From: an uncultured Actinomycetes bacterium
GTDB lineage: Bacteria; Actinomycetota; Thermoleophilia; RBG-16-64-13
DNA: 64,000 nt
Assembly (NCBI GenBank): GCA_963706025.1
Contig: CAVPLM010000003.1
Coordinates: 160,001 to 224,000, forward strand
Direction: 5' to 3'
Shown here piece by piece: positions 1 through 10,643 of the stretch (positions within the stretch are counted from its first letter, which is position 1; the number at the start of each line of letters is the position of its first letter). The position numbers were made by a program, and so were the translations under genes. The notes under the pieces are model-generated. The model did not search any database and was not told the origin of the DNA. It saw only the letters and a program-made list of their open reading frames with translations.

Positions 1-93
1 GAGCAAGCGGGGCGGCACGGCCCGCAGTAGGCAGCCAGAGGCTATTCCGATAGAATTCGGGAGATTCGGTGCGCCGAGACAACTATCCGAAGG

Positions 94-606
94 ATGGTGG
101 CCATGGGCCGCTTTCTCGATGAACGGGGACGCATCTTCGGCAAAGTGAACGTCGTCGACATCCTCGTCCTTCTCGTCATCATCGCGGTGGTCGTCTTCGC
201 CGTGGTTCGTTTCACAGGGGCGAGTTCGGAGGCCGTACCTCTGAAAGTGACCTACACCGTGGAGGGTGTCCGCCAGCTGACGGTCGATGCGATCCAAGAC
301 GTGGTTGATGTGAACGGGACGGTGAGGGACGAGGGGGGCACGGTCCTCGGCAAGGTTGACAGTATCGAGGTGACGCCTACAGAAGTGGAGTACATGACGC
401 CTCAGGGTCAACCGGAAGCCTTCGATTCGCCCATCTTCAACGACGTCAAGATCATCGTCCGCGGCGAGGGTTCTAAGTCCGGTGAAACCCTGCGCATCGG
501 CAGTGTCCCTATGCGGGTAGGCAGGAAGATCACCCTGATCGGCAGCGGGTTCGAGGTCCAGAGCGTGATCTGGAAGGTCCGCGAGGGCCAGGAGGCACTG
601 AAGTAG
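94..606 (+). CDS. DUF4330-like membrane-anchored protein
   Basis: N-terminus FLDERGRIFGKVNVVDILVLLVII followed by a TM helix and a beta-rich domain, as in DUF4330; start may be ATG 103. Confidence 0.75.
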   Translation: MVAMGRFLDERGRIFGKVNVVDILVLLVIIAVVVFAVVRFTGASSEAVPLKVTYTVEGVRQLTVDAIQDVVDVNGTVRDEGGTVLGKVDSIEVTPTEVEYMTPQGQPEAFDSPIFNDVKIIVRGEGSKSGETLRIGSVPMRVGRKITLIGSGFEVQSVIWKVREGQEALK

Positions 607-613
607 CGGGCGT

Positions 614-681
614 GGCCATGAAGGGAGCCCGGCCATGAAAAGGGCGCGGCCGTGAAGAAGGCGTGGCCATGAAGGCTGTGG
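614..681 (+). repeat. Four degenerate 17-bp tandem units (core GGCCRTGAA) forming chained mini-ORFs
   Basis: GGCCATGAA at 614, 631 and 665 and GGCCGTGAA at 648; exact 17-nt period. Confidence 0.85.
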
Positions 682-2774
682 AGAGCTCGCTCTCCTATCG
701 GGCCGGCCGGCGCGGCGCCACTTGGCTCGCGTCTGCCGCCCGGAACTCGTGGGTGGGCCGATTCTTCCAGTCTCTGACCGGGACCCCTCGGCAGGCTTTC
801 GCGGACAGCGAGGTCTTCGGCCTGCGGCACAGCGGGGCGCAGAAGCTTGAACGGACCGGCCATCCCTATAGCGTGCTCATCATCTCCCGACCGTACCTTC
901 GGATGCGCGGCACGGTCGGCGGCCGTGCCGGCGCCATCCGGCCGGAGGGCAGGTGGTTCGGCGGCGGGAGGTGGGTGCTGGTGGTGGGCGCGGGCGTCTT
1001 CGCCCTCGGATGCGGGCGCGTGGCCTCACTCATCGTCCAGGGTGTGAGCACCGATGACGCCGGAGCGGCCCTGGCCGCGCCCGGTCTGATACTGGTGCCA
1101 GCAGCTCTACTGGTGGTGATCGGGGCGCTGCTGTTCGTGGCCGGTCCCGGCTTGGTCACGGCCTCGCGCACCAGCATGGTGGCCCGCGGGGCCCGATGGG
1201 TCGGTTACGCGGTGGTGGAAGGGCGAGCGGCGGCCCCGGGGGCGGCGAGTGGGGACGTGGGGGCTCCTGCCTTTGCCCAGGCTCCGGCGAACCGCGGCCC
1301 GGGTGGGAGCGGTTCCAGGGCGGCCCCTCTGTGGCGGCGCATAGCCAGCCCGCTCGCAGTCGGTGTGGCACTGGCGGCAGCCGCCGGACTGTTGGGGGGA
1401 CTCACGTATGGCTCCGGCCCCTTCCTCCTGGTAGCTTTCGTCGTAGCCGTGTGCCTACTGGCCCTTCTGCTCTGGCGGCCGGAGGTGCTACTACTGCTGC
1501 TGGCTCTTTTCCCGTGGCTGGACTGGATGGCAAGGCGGAGCCTGGGTGGGCTGGGCCCGCTCTGGGACGACGCCCTGCTCCTCCTTGCTGTGCTCGTGCT
1601 GCTCTGGGCCGTGATCGTGCGGCGCCGCTCGGAATTGTGGACCGTGCCTATCACCCTGCCCACACTGCTCGCCTTCGCGGCGGCCATTGGTTCGGTGGTG
1701 ATACGCGAGGTGCCGAGCGACGTGGCGTTCTTTGCTCTGCGGGTGTTGTTCCAGCCACTCCTCTTCTACTTCCTGGGTTTCCTCCTGCCGAAGAACAGGC
1801 GGGTAGTGCAGTGGGTGGTGGCGCTGTTCCTTCTGGCCGGACTGGCCCTAGCCCTGCACGGGCTCTATCAGTATGCGACCAACGCCCCCATGCCCGCCCG
1901 CTGGGTGGATCTGCGGGAGGTGGGGAGTATCTCGACGCGGGCGTATTCCATCATCGGGAATCCCAACGGCCTGGGCGCCTTCCTGCTCCTGGGGACCTTG
2001 CTATCGCTGAGCCTCGCCCTGACTCGGGGATTGGGAAGGCTCCAACGGTCGGTGATGGCGTTAGTGTGCGCCGTGTATCTGGCCGGGGTAGCCGTGACCT
2101 TCAGCCGAGGGGCGTGGTTGGGCTTGGGGGCCGGCATACTGGCTCTCCTCGTGGTGGCCCACCGCCGTTACCTCGCTCCTTTGGTGGCAGTCGGGGTCGT
2201 GGGTTGGTTCGTCATCCCTCAGCAGTTCGTCAATCGCCTGACCTTCGCCTTCAGTTCCGCGTACATCGCCAAGAGTCTCACCGCCGGCCGGCTGTACGTC
2301 TGGAAGATGGCCCTCGACGATATTGCCGCCCACCCCCTCTTCGGACTCGGTCTGGGTACCTTCGGGGGGACGAGCGCGACGCTGTTCAGCTTCAGCCGCT
2401 TGTGGGTGGACAATTTCTACCTGCAGCTGGGAGCGGAAGGAGGGCTGCTCCTCCTGGCCCTCTTCTTGTGGGTGCTCGTGCGCGCGGCCAAGGGACTGCT
2501 CAAGGGCCACGGGATGACATCGGACCCCTTCCTTCGGGCCCTCACTGCCGGGGTGTTCGGAGGCTGGATCGCCGTTGCCGTCGCCAACATCACCGCGAGT
2601 GTGTGGGAGACCCTGGTGGTGGGAGTGGGATTCTGGTTCCTGGCCGGGCTCGCGACCTCGGCGGCGCTGCAATCCGCCGAGGTGGAGGTGGCAGCGGAGA
2701 GGGCAGAGGCGAGTAAGGGCGTCGCGGCCGCGAAGGAAAGCCGGGGTGCCGCGGTGGCGGAGGAGGGCGTGTGA
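669..2774 (+). CDS. O-antigen ligase / Wzy_C family polytopic membrane protein
   Basis: Many TM helices; motifs RAYSIIGNPNGLG, TFSRGAW, HPLFGLGLGTF, DNFYLQLGAEGG. Confidence 0.85.
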   Translation: MKAVESSLSYRAGRRGATWLASAARNSWVGRFFQSLTGTPRQAFADSEVFGLRHSGAQKLERTGHPYSVLIISRPYLRMRGTVGGRAGAIRPEGRWFGGGRWVLVVGAGVFALGCGRVASLIVQGVSTDDAGAALAAPGLILVPAALLVVIGALLFVAGPGLVTASRTSMVARGARWVGYAVVEGRAAAPGAASGDVGAPAFAQAPANRGPGGSGSRAAPLWRRIASPLAVGVALAAAAGLLGGLTYGSGPFLLVAFVVAVCLLALLLWRPEVLLLLLALFPWLDWMARRSLGGLGPLWDDALLLLAVLVLLWAVIVRRRSELWTVPITLPTLLAFAAAIGSVVIREVPSDVAFFALRVLFQPLLFYFLGFLLPKNRRVVQWVVALFLLAGLALALHGLYQYATNAPMPARWVDLREVGSISTRAYSIIGNPNGLGAFLLLGTLLSLSLALTRGLGRLQRSVMALVCAVYLAGVAVTFSRGAWLGLGAGILALLVVAHRRYLAPLVAVGVVGWFVIPQQFVNRLTFAFSSAYIAKSLTAGRLYVWKMALDDIAAHPLFGLGLGTFGGTSATLFSFSRLWVDNFYLQLGAEGGLLLLALFLWVLVRAAKGLLKGHGMTSDPFLRALTAGVFGGWIAVAVANITASVWETLVVGVGFWFLAGLATSAALQSAEVEVAAERAEASKGVAAAKESRGAAVAEEGV

Positions 2775-3997
2775 GAGGACTTCGCGTGCTCCACGTGATC
2801 GGCGGCGGAGACAGTGGCGGAGCGATGACGCACCTGCTGCCGCTACTCTCCGCCCTGCGCCGGACGGGCTGCGACGTACATCTGCTGTGTCTGGGGGAAG
2901 GCAGGCTCGCGGAGGAGGCCTCGCTCCGGGGATTGCCCGTGGCCGTGCTGCCGATGGGGCATGCCTGGGATGCATCGGTCCTCGAGCCCCTGCGCCGCAT
3001 TTTGGCAGGCGGCCCCAACGATCTGGACGCACTGCGCGCTCGCGGAGCCGGAGGGCAGTCGCGACCGGAGGGGCTTGATCGGTCCGTGCGATCCCGCTGG
3101 GACGTCGTGCACACCCATGGAATGAGGGCCAACCTGCCCGTGCGTCTGGTGCTGAAGGTCCGGCGTCGGAGGCCCTGTTTGTTCACCACGGTCCATTCCG
3201 ATCTGCGGCTAGACTATGCGTCCCCACCTCTGGCCCGCTTCTATCAAGGTCTTGACCGGGCCACGCTGTCGACCGTCGACACGGTGATCTGCGTGTCCGA
3301 AGCGCTACGCGCGCTGCTAGTAAGTCGCGGTCATCCGGCGAAGTGCCTGGTGACCATTCGCTCGGGGATAGAGTTGCCCGAAGAGGGAGCCAGACCGGTC
3401 GAAGGCGCCGGGACGTCCGCGTCGCGCGCACGGCTGGGCACGATCGCCAGGCTGGTCCCGGTCAAAGATATCGACCTTCTTCTGGAGGTGGCCGCCCTGC
3501 TCTGCCGAACCCATCGGGAAGTGGAGGTGGTCATCGTCGGAGACGGCCCGGAGCGGGTGCGACTCGAGAGACGAGCACGGGCTCTGGGTCTTGCCGGCGT
3601 GGTGCGCTTCACCGGTCGCAGGGAGGACATAGCGGCTCTGCTCGGCGGATGGGACGTCTACATGGTGACCTCCACTTTCGAGGGCGGAGTGTCGATGGCT
3701 GTACTGGAGGCGATGACTGCAGCCTTGCCGGTGGTCACGACCGCCGCCGGTGGGGTGGAGGAGGCCGTGAAGGCCGGCGAAACAGGCTTCGTGGTGAGGC
3801 GCGACCAGGAGCGGGGCGCGCTCGCCGCTGCGCTGGCCGAGCGCGCCGCCGCTCTGTTGGACGACCCGGAGCTGCGTGTTCGGATGGGGGCCGCCGGAGC
3901 GCGGCGGGTGCGCGATGTCTTCGCGGTCGAGCGGACGGCTGAGGCTACGCTGCACGCCTACGAGCGCTGCCTCGCCGCCCGGGGCGCATTACTCTAG
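2771..3997 (+). CDS. Glycosyltransferase family 4
   Basis: VLHVIGGGDSGGA, VVHTHG, ARLVPVKD, VLEAMTAALPVV. Confidence 0.9.
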   Translation: MRGLRVLHVIGGGDSGGAMTHLLPLLSALRRTGCDVHLLCLGEGRLAEEASLRGLPVAVLPMGHAWDASVLEPLRRILAGGPNDLDALRARGAGGQSRPEGLDRSVRSRWDVVHTHGMRANLPVRLVLKVRRRRPCLFTTVHSDLRLDYASPPLARFYQGLDRATLSTVDTVICVSEALRALLVSRGHPAKCLVTIRSGIELPEEGARPVEGAGTSASRARLGTIARLVPVKDIDLLLEVAALLCRTHREVEVVIVGDGPERVRLERRARALGLAGVVRFTGRREDIAALLGGWDVYMVTSTFEGGVSMAVLEAMTAALPVVTTAAGGVEEAVKAGETGFVVRRDQERGALAAALAERAAALLDDPELRVRMGAAGARRVRDVFAVERTAEATLHAYERCLAARGALL

Positions 3998-4026
3998 GTC
4001 CGACGCAGAAGACGAGGAGAGCCTCG

Positions 4027-5256
4027 ATGCTCCGTGGAAAAGACATAGTCTGCATCTCGTCGCTCGACTGGAACGCGATGTGGACCAGCAAACAGCAGAT
4101 CATGCACCGGCTGGCGCAGACCAACCGGGTCCTCTATGTGGAGGAGCCGGTCACCATGTTGGCGCCTCTCAAGGTCCCGGCTCGCTGGAAACGCTGGGGG
4201 GCGGTCGCTCCTAAGTTGGAGAGAGTGGACGCGGGACTCTGGACGTTGACCCCGCCGCCGACCCTGCCCTTCGGCAACATGAGGCCGGGTGTCAACCGCG
4301 TCAATCAGAGTGTGCTCGCACGGTACATCCGCTGGGCGATGGGACGTCTGTGGTTCGACGAGGAGTACATCCTCTGGACGTACCTGCCCACCTCGCTCGC
4401 CTTGCTCGACGGGCTGGGGGGCACGCAGCGAGGTCCACGCGAAGAGCGCTTCCCGTCCCTGGTGGTCTACCACTGCGTGGACGAGCACTCGGCCTTCCCC
4501 GGGTTCGTGACTCCAGAAGTGGTCAAGCTCTACGACGACGAGCTGACCCGGCGCGCGGACCTGGTCATCACCACCTCGGAGAACCTTCGTCTTTCCCGGC
4601 GGGCGCTGAACCCCGAGACGTATGCGATCCTAAATGCCGCCGATGTCGAGATCTTCAACCGGGCCCTCGACCCCGAGTTGCCGATCGCTGCGGATCTGGC
4701 CGCGATCCCGGCTCCCCGGTTGGGGGTAGTGGGACTTCACGACTTCCGTCTGGATGTGGAGGCACTCGAGGCTCTGGCTCAGGCCGAAGAAGGTTGGCAG
4801 GTGGTGCTGATCGGTCCGGTGAAACCAGGCCAGGTGGACGAGCCCCGGCTCCGCCGGTACCCGAACATCCACTTCCTGGGCGAGAAGCCCCGGCCGGAGC
4901 TGCCCGGCTACCTCAAGGGGCTGGCCGTAGCGCTCGTGCCCTACAGGGCCAACGAATTGACGCGCAACATCTTCCCTCTCAAGCTCTTCGAGTACTTGGC
5001 GGCCGGGCTGCCCGTGGTCGTGGGCGGCCTGCCCGAGTTGCGCCGCTTCGATGGGACCATCGGAGTGGCCGAGGGGCCGCAGGACTACCCCGGCCTGGTC
5101 AGGCGGGCGATCGCCGAGGACGGTCCCGATAAGCGGGCTGAAAGGGTAGCGCTGGCGGCCGAGAACACCTGGGATCGCCGGGTCGAGGAGATCTCTTTGC
5201 TGGTAGAAGAAGCGCTCGAGCGCCGAGGTCTGGGAACTCCAGAGGTGGGACGGTGA
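4027..5256 (+). CDS. GT-B glycosyltransferase (TuaH-like)
   Basis: DWNAMWTSKQQIM, VVYHCVDEH, PLKLFEYLAAGLPVV. Confidence 0.85.
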   Translation: MLRGKDIVCISSLDWNAMWTSKQQIMHRLAQTNRVLYVEEPVTMLAPLKVPARWKRWGAVAPKLERVDAGLWTLTPPPTLPFGNMRPGVNRVNQSVLARYIRWAMGRLWFDEEYILWTYLPTSLALLDGLGGTQRGPREERFPSLVVYHCVDEHSAFPGFVTPEVVKLYDDELTRRADLVITTSENLRLSRRALNPETYAILNAADVEIFNRALDPELPIAADLAAIPAPRLGVVGLHDFRLDVEALEALAQAEEGWQVVLIGPVKPGQVDEPRLRRYPNIHFLGEKPRPELPGYLKGLAVALVPYRANELTRNIFPLKLFEYLAAGLPVVVGGLPELRRFDGTIGVAEGPQDYPGLVRRAIAEDGPDKRAERVALAAENTWDRRVEEISLLVEEALERRGLGTPEVGR

Positions 5257-7504
5257 GGGTACTCTTGCCGACCATCCGCGACCCCGACCAGATCGGAGGC
5301 GGCGGGACGCATCTCACGATGCTCATCGATGGCCTTCGCGAGCTCGGTCACGAAGCCGAGGCCCTCTATCTGACCGCCACCATGCCCGGGTTGGCCGGCC
5401 GCGCCTCCCTGGTGTGGCCGGCTGGGGCGCTCAACCGGGTGCGGACCGGCTGGGGCATGGTCTACTCTGCCGATATGCGGGGGCGGATGCTCGCCCGCGC
5501 CACAGCGCGTGAGCTCAAGCGGGCTGCGAGGAGCGCCACCGACACGTGGAGCGCCACCGATACGGGTAGCGCTACCGACACGGGTTTCGGGCCTTGGGAG
5601 GTGCTGAACGCCCAGGAGGTGTACTCGGTCCCTTACCTGCGCTCGGTGGCCGACACCCTGGGCATGCCGTTGGTGCTCACTTTGCATGGTTACCCGCTCT
5701 ACGAATCGGTGTCCGAGGGTTACAGTACGTCCTCTCGGATGGGCCTTCACTACCTGATGCGGGCTGAGATGAGGGCTCTCCGCCTGGCCGACGCGATCGT
5801 GACCGTCGATACCAGGTTGTATCGGCACGTCTCGGGACTGGTCCCGGAGCGGGCGGACACCGTCTTCACGCTCATGAACTTCATCGACACCTCGGTCTTC
5901 GCTCCCCTGGACGACCCGGCCGAAGAGACTCTTCTCCGGAAGGAACTTCGGGCTGCCTGGGGAGTCCCCGAGGACAAGATCGTTCTGCTCTGCCCTCGCA
6001 GGCTGGTGAAGAAGAACGGAGTCGTATACCCCTCGCTGGCCCTGGCCGAGATGGAGGAATCCGATCGCGGCCGCTTTCTCCTGTTGCATGCCGGGGAGGG
6101 GGGCGAGCGAGAGGAGATAGAGCGCATCGTTGCGAAGAACCGGCTGGAGGAGAATGTCCGTCTCCTGGGCGGGCAGGGTCCGGAGGCCATCCGTGAGCTC
6201 TACCGCTTGGCGGACATCGTGCTGGTGCCTTCCGTCCACTCGGAGAACGTGGAGGAGGCGACCTCGCTTTCCGCTCTCGAGGCGATGGCCTCGGGCCGGC
6301 CCTTGATCGCGGGCAACGTGGGCGGCCTGGCCGAGATGGTGGAGAACGGCGAGACGGGTCTGCTGGTGGCGGCCGACGCCGGAGCTGTGGCGGCGGCCAT
6401 CCTGGGGCTGGCCGCCGCCCCGGAGCTCGCGGCCCGCATGGCGGTGGCAGCCCGGGAGTACGTGGTGGCGCAGCACTCCCATCTCCGGGCAGCGGCGGCC
6501 TACGCCGAGATCTACGGGATGGTGCTGTCCCGTAAAGGTGCTCGTGATGCCGCGGCCGAGCGGACGGTCGCGCCGCCGGGAGTCGCCGGGGCGCTCCTGG
6601 CCGATGCCCAACCGGCGGAGGCCGAGAAACCCCCTTGGCCGTCGCTGTCGGTGTTGGGATTCACCTTGGACGCGGTCTCCGTGGAGCAGGCTGCCCAGAT
6701 CGGTCGTCGCCTGGGCGGAAGGACCTGCGCGCGCGACTCGCACACGCATCGCCGTTTCCTTCAACCCCGAACTGGTGGTGCGGGCGCACCGGGATCCGGT
6801 TGCCGCCGAGGCCCTTCTCCAGGCCGATCTCTGCTATCCGGACGGCGTGGGGGCTGTGTGGGCGGCCGGGCGCCAGGGGGGTCGTCGGTGGCTGGGCACG
6901 GAGGCGACCGACGGACGATCCGCCCCCGCAACCGCGGTGCCTGCGCCGCCCGAGCGAGTGCCGGGCATCGACCTGGCCGAGCGGGTACTGGAGTTGGCGG
7001 CGGAGCGGGGTTTGTCCGTGTTCTTCCTGGGGGCGGCTGAGGGCGTAGCTGCCGAAGCCGCCAGGCGCCAGGTCGAGCGTCTACCCGGGCTCAGCGTCGC
7101 CGGCATCCATCATGGCTACTTCGATTCGGCCCAAGAAGACCAGGTAGTGCGGATGGTGAGTGAATCCGGGGCCCAGATCCTCCTGGTGGCGATGGGCGCC
7201 CCGCGACAGGAAGTGCTTCTCTATCGCCATCGCGACCGGCTGGGCGCCGGAGCGGCGCTGGGCGTGGGCGGCAGCTTCGATGTCTGGGCCGGCACGGTCA
7301 AGCGCGCGCCCACATGGACGCAGACCGCGAAAGTCGAGTGGCTCTACCGTCTGGTCACCGACCCTCGCCGGGTGGGGAGGCAAGCTGGCGCTGCCCCGAT
7401 TCGCCGCACAGGTGATGCGCTGGTCGCCCGACGACTACGGGCCGCCTCGCCGCGGCCGAGCCGCGGGCAGGGGCGGCCCCGAACGCAAAGGCGCCGACTC
7501 TTGA
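5253..7504 (+). CDS. GT4 glycosyltransferase fused to a WecB/TagA/CpsF domain (two apparent +1 frameshifts, ~6700 and ~7383)
   Basis: GT4 motifs (LEAMASGRPLI) in ORF 5253; TagA motifs (SFNPE, DLCYPDGVG, RVPGIDL, VAMGAPRQE, GVGGSFDV, KRAP, EWLYR) in the next frame; C-terminus LALPRFAAQV in a third frame, stop at 7504. Confidence 0.75.
5532..5585 (+). repeat. 3 x 18-bp in-frame tandem repeat (SATDTW/SATDTG/SATDTG)
   Basis: agcgccaccgacacgtgg / agcgccaccgatacgggt / agcgctaccgacacgggt. Confidence 0.9.
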
Positions 7505-8721
7505 GGTACTTGATCAGCGGCTACTACGGTGAGGGTAACGCTGGGGACGAGGCGATCCTCGCCGGCATCCTCCAGGAGGTCGGCCGCCACGACCCGGACG
7601 CTCGCTTCACCGTGCTCTCCTTTTCCCCGTCGGACACGGAGCGCCGCCACGCCGGAACCGGTTTGGATCTGGAGGTAATCTCGACCAGTCTGCGTTCCCC
7701 CGGCCGCCTGTGGGCGACGATGAGATCCGCCGACCTCCTCATCAGTGGGGGCGGCAGCTTCCTGCACGAAGCCGACTTCGAGTCCTTTGGCCGTTCGTTC
7801 CTCTTCCGGGAGGGCAAGGTCCGGCCGGTGCCCTACTTCCTCTCGATCGTCTTCATGGCTCGTGCCGCCGGCCTGCCGGTGATGTGGTACTCGCAAGGCC
7901 TGGGGCCGCTCCACACGCGCTCCGCCAGGCGTCTGGTCGCGGCCGCGGGCTCGATCTCCCAAGTGGTGACCTGGCGCGACCAGGAATCCGCTCGTCTGGC
8001 CTACGAGGTGGGCGTGCGCTCTTCGGTGCAACTGGTCGTGCCTGATCCCGCGTATGCGCTCCGCCCGGCTCCCGTGAAGGCGGCTGCCCGGCTCGTCGCC
8101 GAACAAGGCATGACGCCCGGAGCGCGCTACCTGGCCGTGTGCCCCCGACCGTGGTTGCAGCGTACCGTCTATCTGGAGAGACTGGGAGAGGCTTTGGAGC
8201 AAGTGGCAGCAGCCCTTGATCTGGCCATCCTCTTGGTGCCCCTCCACGAGACCCTGGATCCTCCGGTCTGCGAGGTCCTGGCGGCGCGGCCCGGCCTCGC
8301 CGGCCGCGCCCACATCCTGCCCCCGGGCGCCTCCCCGACGGTCCTTGCCGCGGTCCTGGGCGGAGCCGAAGTGGTGGTGGCCATGCGTCTACACGGCGGC
8401 ATCCTCGCCGCGACGGCGGGAGCACCTGTGGTGACCATGGACTACGATCCAAAGACCCGCGCCTTTGCCACCCAGACCAAGCAGCTGCCGTGGGTGGTGA
8501 GTGTCGACGCGCTGGAGGACGGAGGCTCCCCGGGGGAGGCGGCGCTCGTGCAGGCCATAGTGGATACAGCCTCCCACGTGGAGGCGCGACGGGCCGCGCT
8601 CGCGCGGGCAGTCGCGCCCCTCCGGGCCGAGTCCGGACGCACGGCGCGCTTGGCCGTGCAACTCGCCGCTCTGGGCGTCCACGAGGCCCGCCGCGGTCGT
8701 CCCTGGCGGAGAGGCGCATGA
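7501..8721 (+). CDS. csaB: Polysaccharide pyruvyl transferase CsaB
   Basis: TTG start overlapping the upstream TGA; LISGYYGEGNAGDEAIL, LISGGGSFL, QGLGPL, MRLHGGILA, YDPK. Confidence 0.9.
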   Translation: MRYLISGYYGEGNAGDEAILAGILQEVGRHDPDARFTVLSFSPSDTERRHAGTGLDLEVISTSLRSPGRLWATMRSADLLISGGGSFLHEADFESFGRSFLFREGKVRPVPYFLSIVFMARAAGLPVMWYSQGLGPLHTRSARRLVAAAGSISQVVTWRDQESARLAYEVGVRSSVQLVVPDPAYALRPAPVKAAARLVAEQGMTPGARYLAVCPRPWLQRTVYLERLGEALEQVAAALDLAILLVPLHETLDPPVCEVLAARPGLAGRAHILPPGASPTVLAAVLGGAEVVVAMRLHGGILAATAGAPVVTMDYDPKTRAFATQTKQLPWVVSVDALEDGGSPGEAALVQAIVDTASHVEARRAALARAVAPLRAESGRTARLAVQLAALGVHEARRGRPWRRGA

Positions 8722-8797
8722 CCGCCTTGCCCCGGGCGCCCGAGGGCTCCGAGGGGGGGTCGCCCGATTCCCCGGATCCAGCGCGGGCTCCACCGAG

Positions 8798-10570
8798 GTG
8801 TCGCCTGATCCTCCGGATCCGGCCGCCGGACAGGCCGGTCCCGGCCCGCCCGCGCCTGAGCTGGGCTCCGTCCCCGGCTCAGGCGCGGGGGCTGCCGATG
8901 GGCTCGCCGCCCCCATTGGCGCGGCCGGCCCCGCGGGCCGCGCGCCCGGCCCAGCCGGCGCGGCCGGGCCCACCGGCGTCGCCCGCTCGGTCCGATCGGT
9001 GGTGGGCAAGGCCGCGATCGTCATCGTCACGGCGACACTGGTGGGGCGACTCCTTGGTCTGGTGCGCGATATCGCCGTCGCCTACTTCTTCGGGGCCCAG
9101 GCCGACACCGACGCGTTCTTCCTAGCCTATCGGATCCCCTACTTGCTGGTGCTGATGGTGGCCGGGGCGCTTACCGCCACCTTCGTCCCCCTCCTAAGCT
9201 ACCGGCTGGCCACCGGCCGCAAAAAAGAAGCCTGGGATCTCTCCATCAACATGGGCAACATCATCGCCGTGATCCTGGTGGCGGTCACCGTCGTGCTGAT
9301 AATCCTCGCTCCTTGGATCATCCCCCTCGTGGGCTACGGTTTTGACACCGCCACTGCGGACAAGGCGGTCTTCCTGTTCCGGATCCTGATGCTCGGATTG
9401 GTTTTCGAGGGCCTGACCGGTCTGGTCGTCGGCATGCTCAACTCGCTCAAACGCTTCGCGCTTGCGGCGTTCGCTCCCGCCGTGGGCACGGTCGTCGCCC
9501 TGGTGATCATGGTGGCTTTGGAAGAGAGCATCGGGATCACGTCGCTGGCCATCGGGAGCGTGCTCGGGTGGGTGGCCGGACTGTTCGTCCTGTTCCCCGG
9601 CCTGCGGGGCCAGGAGATCCGCTATCGCCCGCGCATCGACTGGCACGACCCGGGCGTGCGCGAGGTGGGGGGCATGATCTGGCCCATCCTCATCGGGTCG
9701 GCGGTGGGCAAGGTGAGCATCTTCGTAACCCAGATCCTGGGTTCGATGCTCGAAACGGGATCGATCTCCAGCCTGAGCTACGCGGAGAAACTGTTCCAAC
9801 TGCCCCTAGGGTTGTTCGTCGCGGGGATAACCGTCCCCATCTTCCCCCTACTCTCGGAACAGGTGGCTGCCAACGCTCCTGAACGTGTCAAGGCCACGGT
9901 CAACTTCGCCATGCGGCTCATGGGATTCCTCATGGTCCCGGCCACCGTGGGGATCATCCTGCTCCGCTATGCCATCATCGGGCTCATCTTCGAGCACGGG
10001 GAGTTCACAGCCGAGGACACCACCCGCACGGCCTGGGCCCTCCTGTTCCTGGTCCTGGGGCTCTACGCATACGCGGGGCGAGACACTCTCACGCGGGTCT
10101 TCTATTCCTACCACGACACCCGGACCCCGGTGAAGATCAGCGTGATCACGGTGGTCATCAACATCGGTCTTTCCTATCTCTTCATGCAGTACCTCGGCGT
10201 AGGCGGACTGGCGCTCGGATTCACGGTGGCGCTCACGGTCAACTTCCTGGTTCTCACCTGGCTTCTCGAGCGGCGGATCGGGGCGATGGGGTTCGGGAAC
10301 ATCTTCGGCTCACTGCTGCGAGTGACCGGCGTCTCGGCGGTCATGGGGGTAGTCGTTTGGACGGTCGACTTCCTGCTCTCGCGCGAGGTCGGAGAGACCG
10401 TTGGGGGCAACGCGTTGCGGGTCGCGGCCGGTCTCGTGGTGGGGGCGTTCGTCTTTCTGTCGGTGGCTAGGCTTGCTAAAATGCCCGAACTTGCCGAAAT
10501 AACCGATATGCTCCGCGCGGTCCTGAAGCGGCCGACGCGTGAGCCCGCCGGACCGGGCTCCACGGGGTGA
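8798..10570 (+). CDS. murJ: MurJ/MviN flippase
   Basis: GRLLGLVRD, DAFFLAYRIP, FQLPLGLF, RVFYSYHDTRTP; the true start may be ATG 8718 with a frameshift. Confidence 0.9.
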   Translation: MSPDPPDPAAGQAGPGPPAPELGSVPGSGAGAADGLAAPIGAAGPAGRAPGPAGAAGPTGVARSVRSVVGKAAIVIVTATLVGRLLGLVRDIAVAYFFGAQADTDAFFLAYRIPYLLVLMVAGALTATFVPLLSYRLATGRKKEAWDLSINMGNIIAVILVAVTVVLIILAPWIIPLVGYGFDTATADKAVFLFRILMLGLVFEGLTGLVVGMLNSLKRFALAAFAPAVGTVVALVIMVALEESIGITSLAIGSVLGWVAGLFVLFPGLRGQEIRYRPRIDWHDPGVREVGGMIWPILIGSAVGKVSIFVTQILGSMLETGSISSLSYAEKLFQLPLGLFVAGITVPIFPLLSEQVAANAPERVKATVNFAMRLMGFLMVPATVGIILLRYAIIGLIFEHGEFTAEDTTRTAWALLFLVLGLYAYAGRDTLTRVFYSYHDTRTPVKISVITVVINIGLSYLFMQYLGVGGLALGFTVALTVNFLVLTWLLERRIGAMGFGNIFGSLLRVTGVSAVMGVVVWTVDFLLSREVGETVGGNALRVAAGLVVGAFVFLSVARLAKMPELAEITDMLRAVLKRPTREPAGPGSTG

Positions 10571-10643
10571 CCCGCCGGCAGTGACGGTGAGCCGAGTGGC
10601 AGGAGAAATCCTGCCCGGGGCGTAAGCAGGTAGGTAGACAGAT

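Noticed and set aside
6538-8721. 727-aa ORF suggesting a TagA-CsaB fusion
   Set aside because: An extra base at ~7383 explains it. The TagA C-terminus (LALPRF...) is in another frame with a stop at 7504 overlapping a TTG start for csaB.
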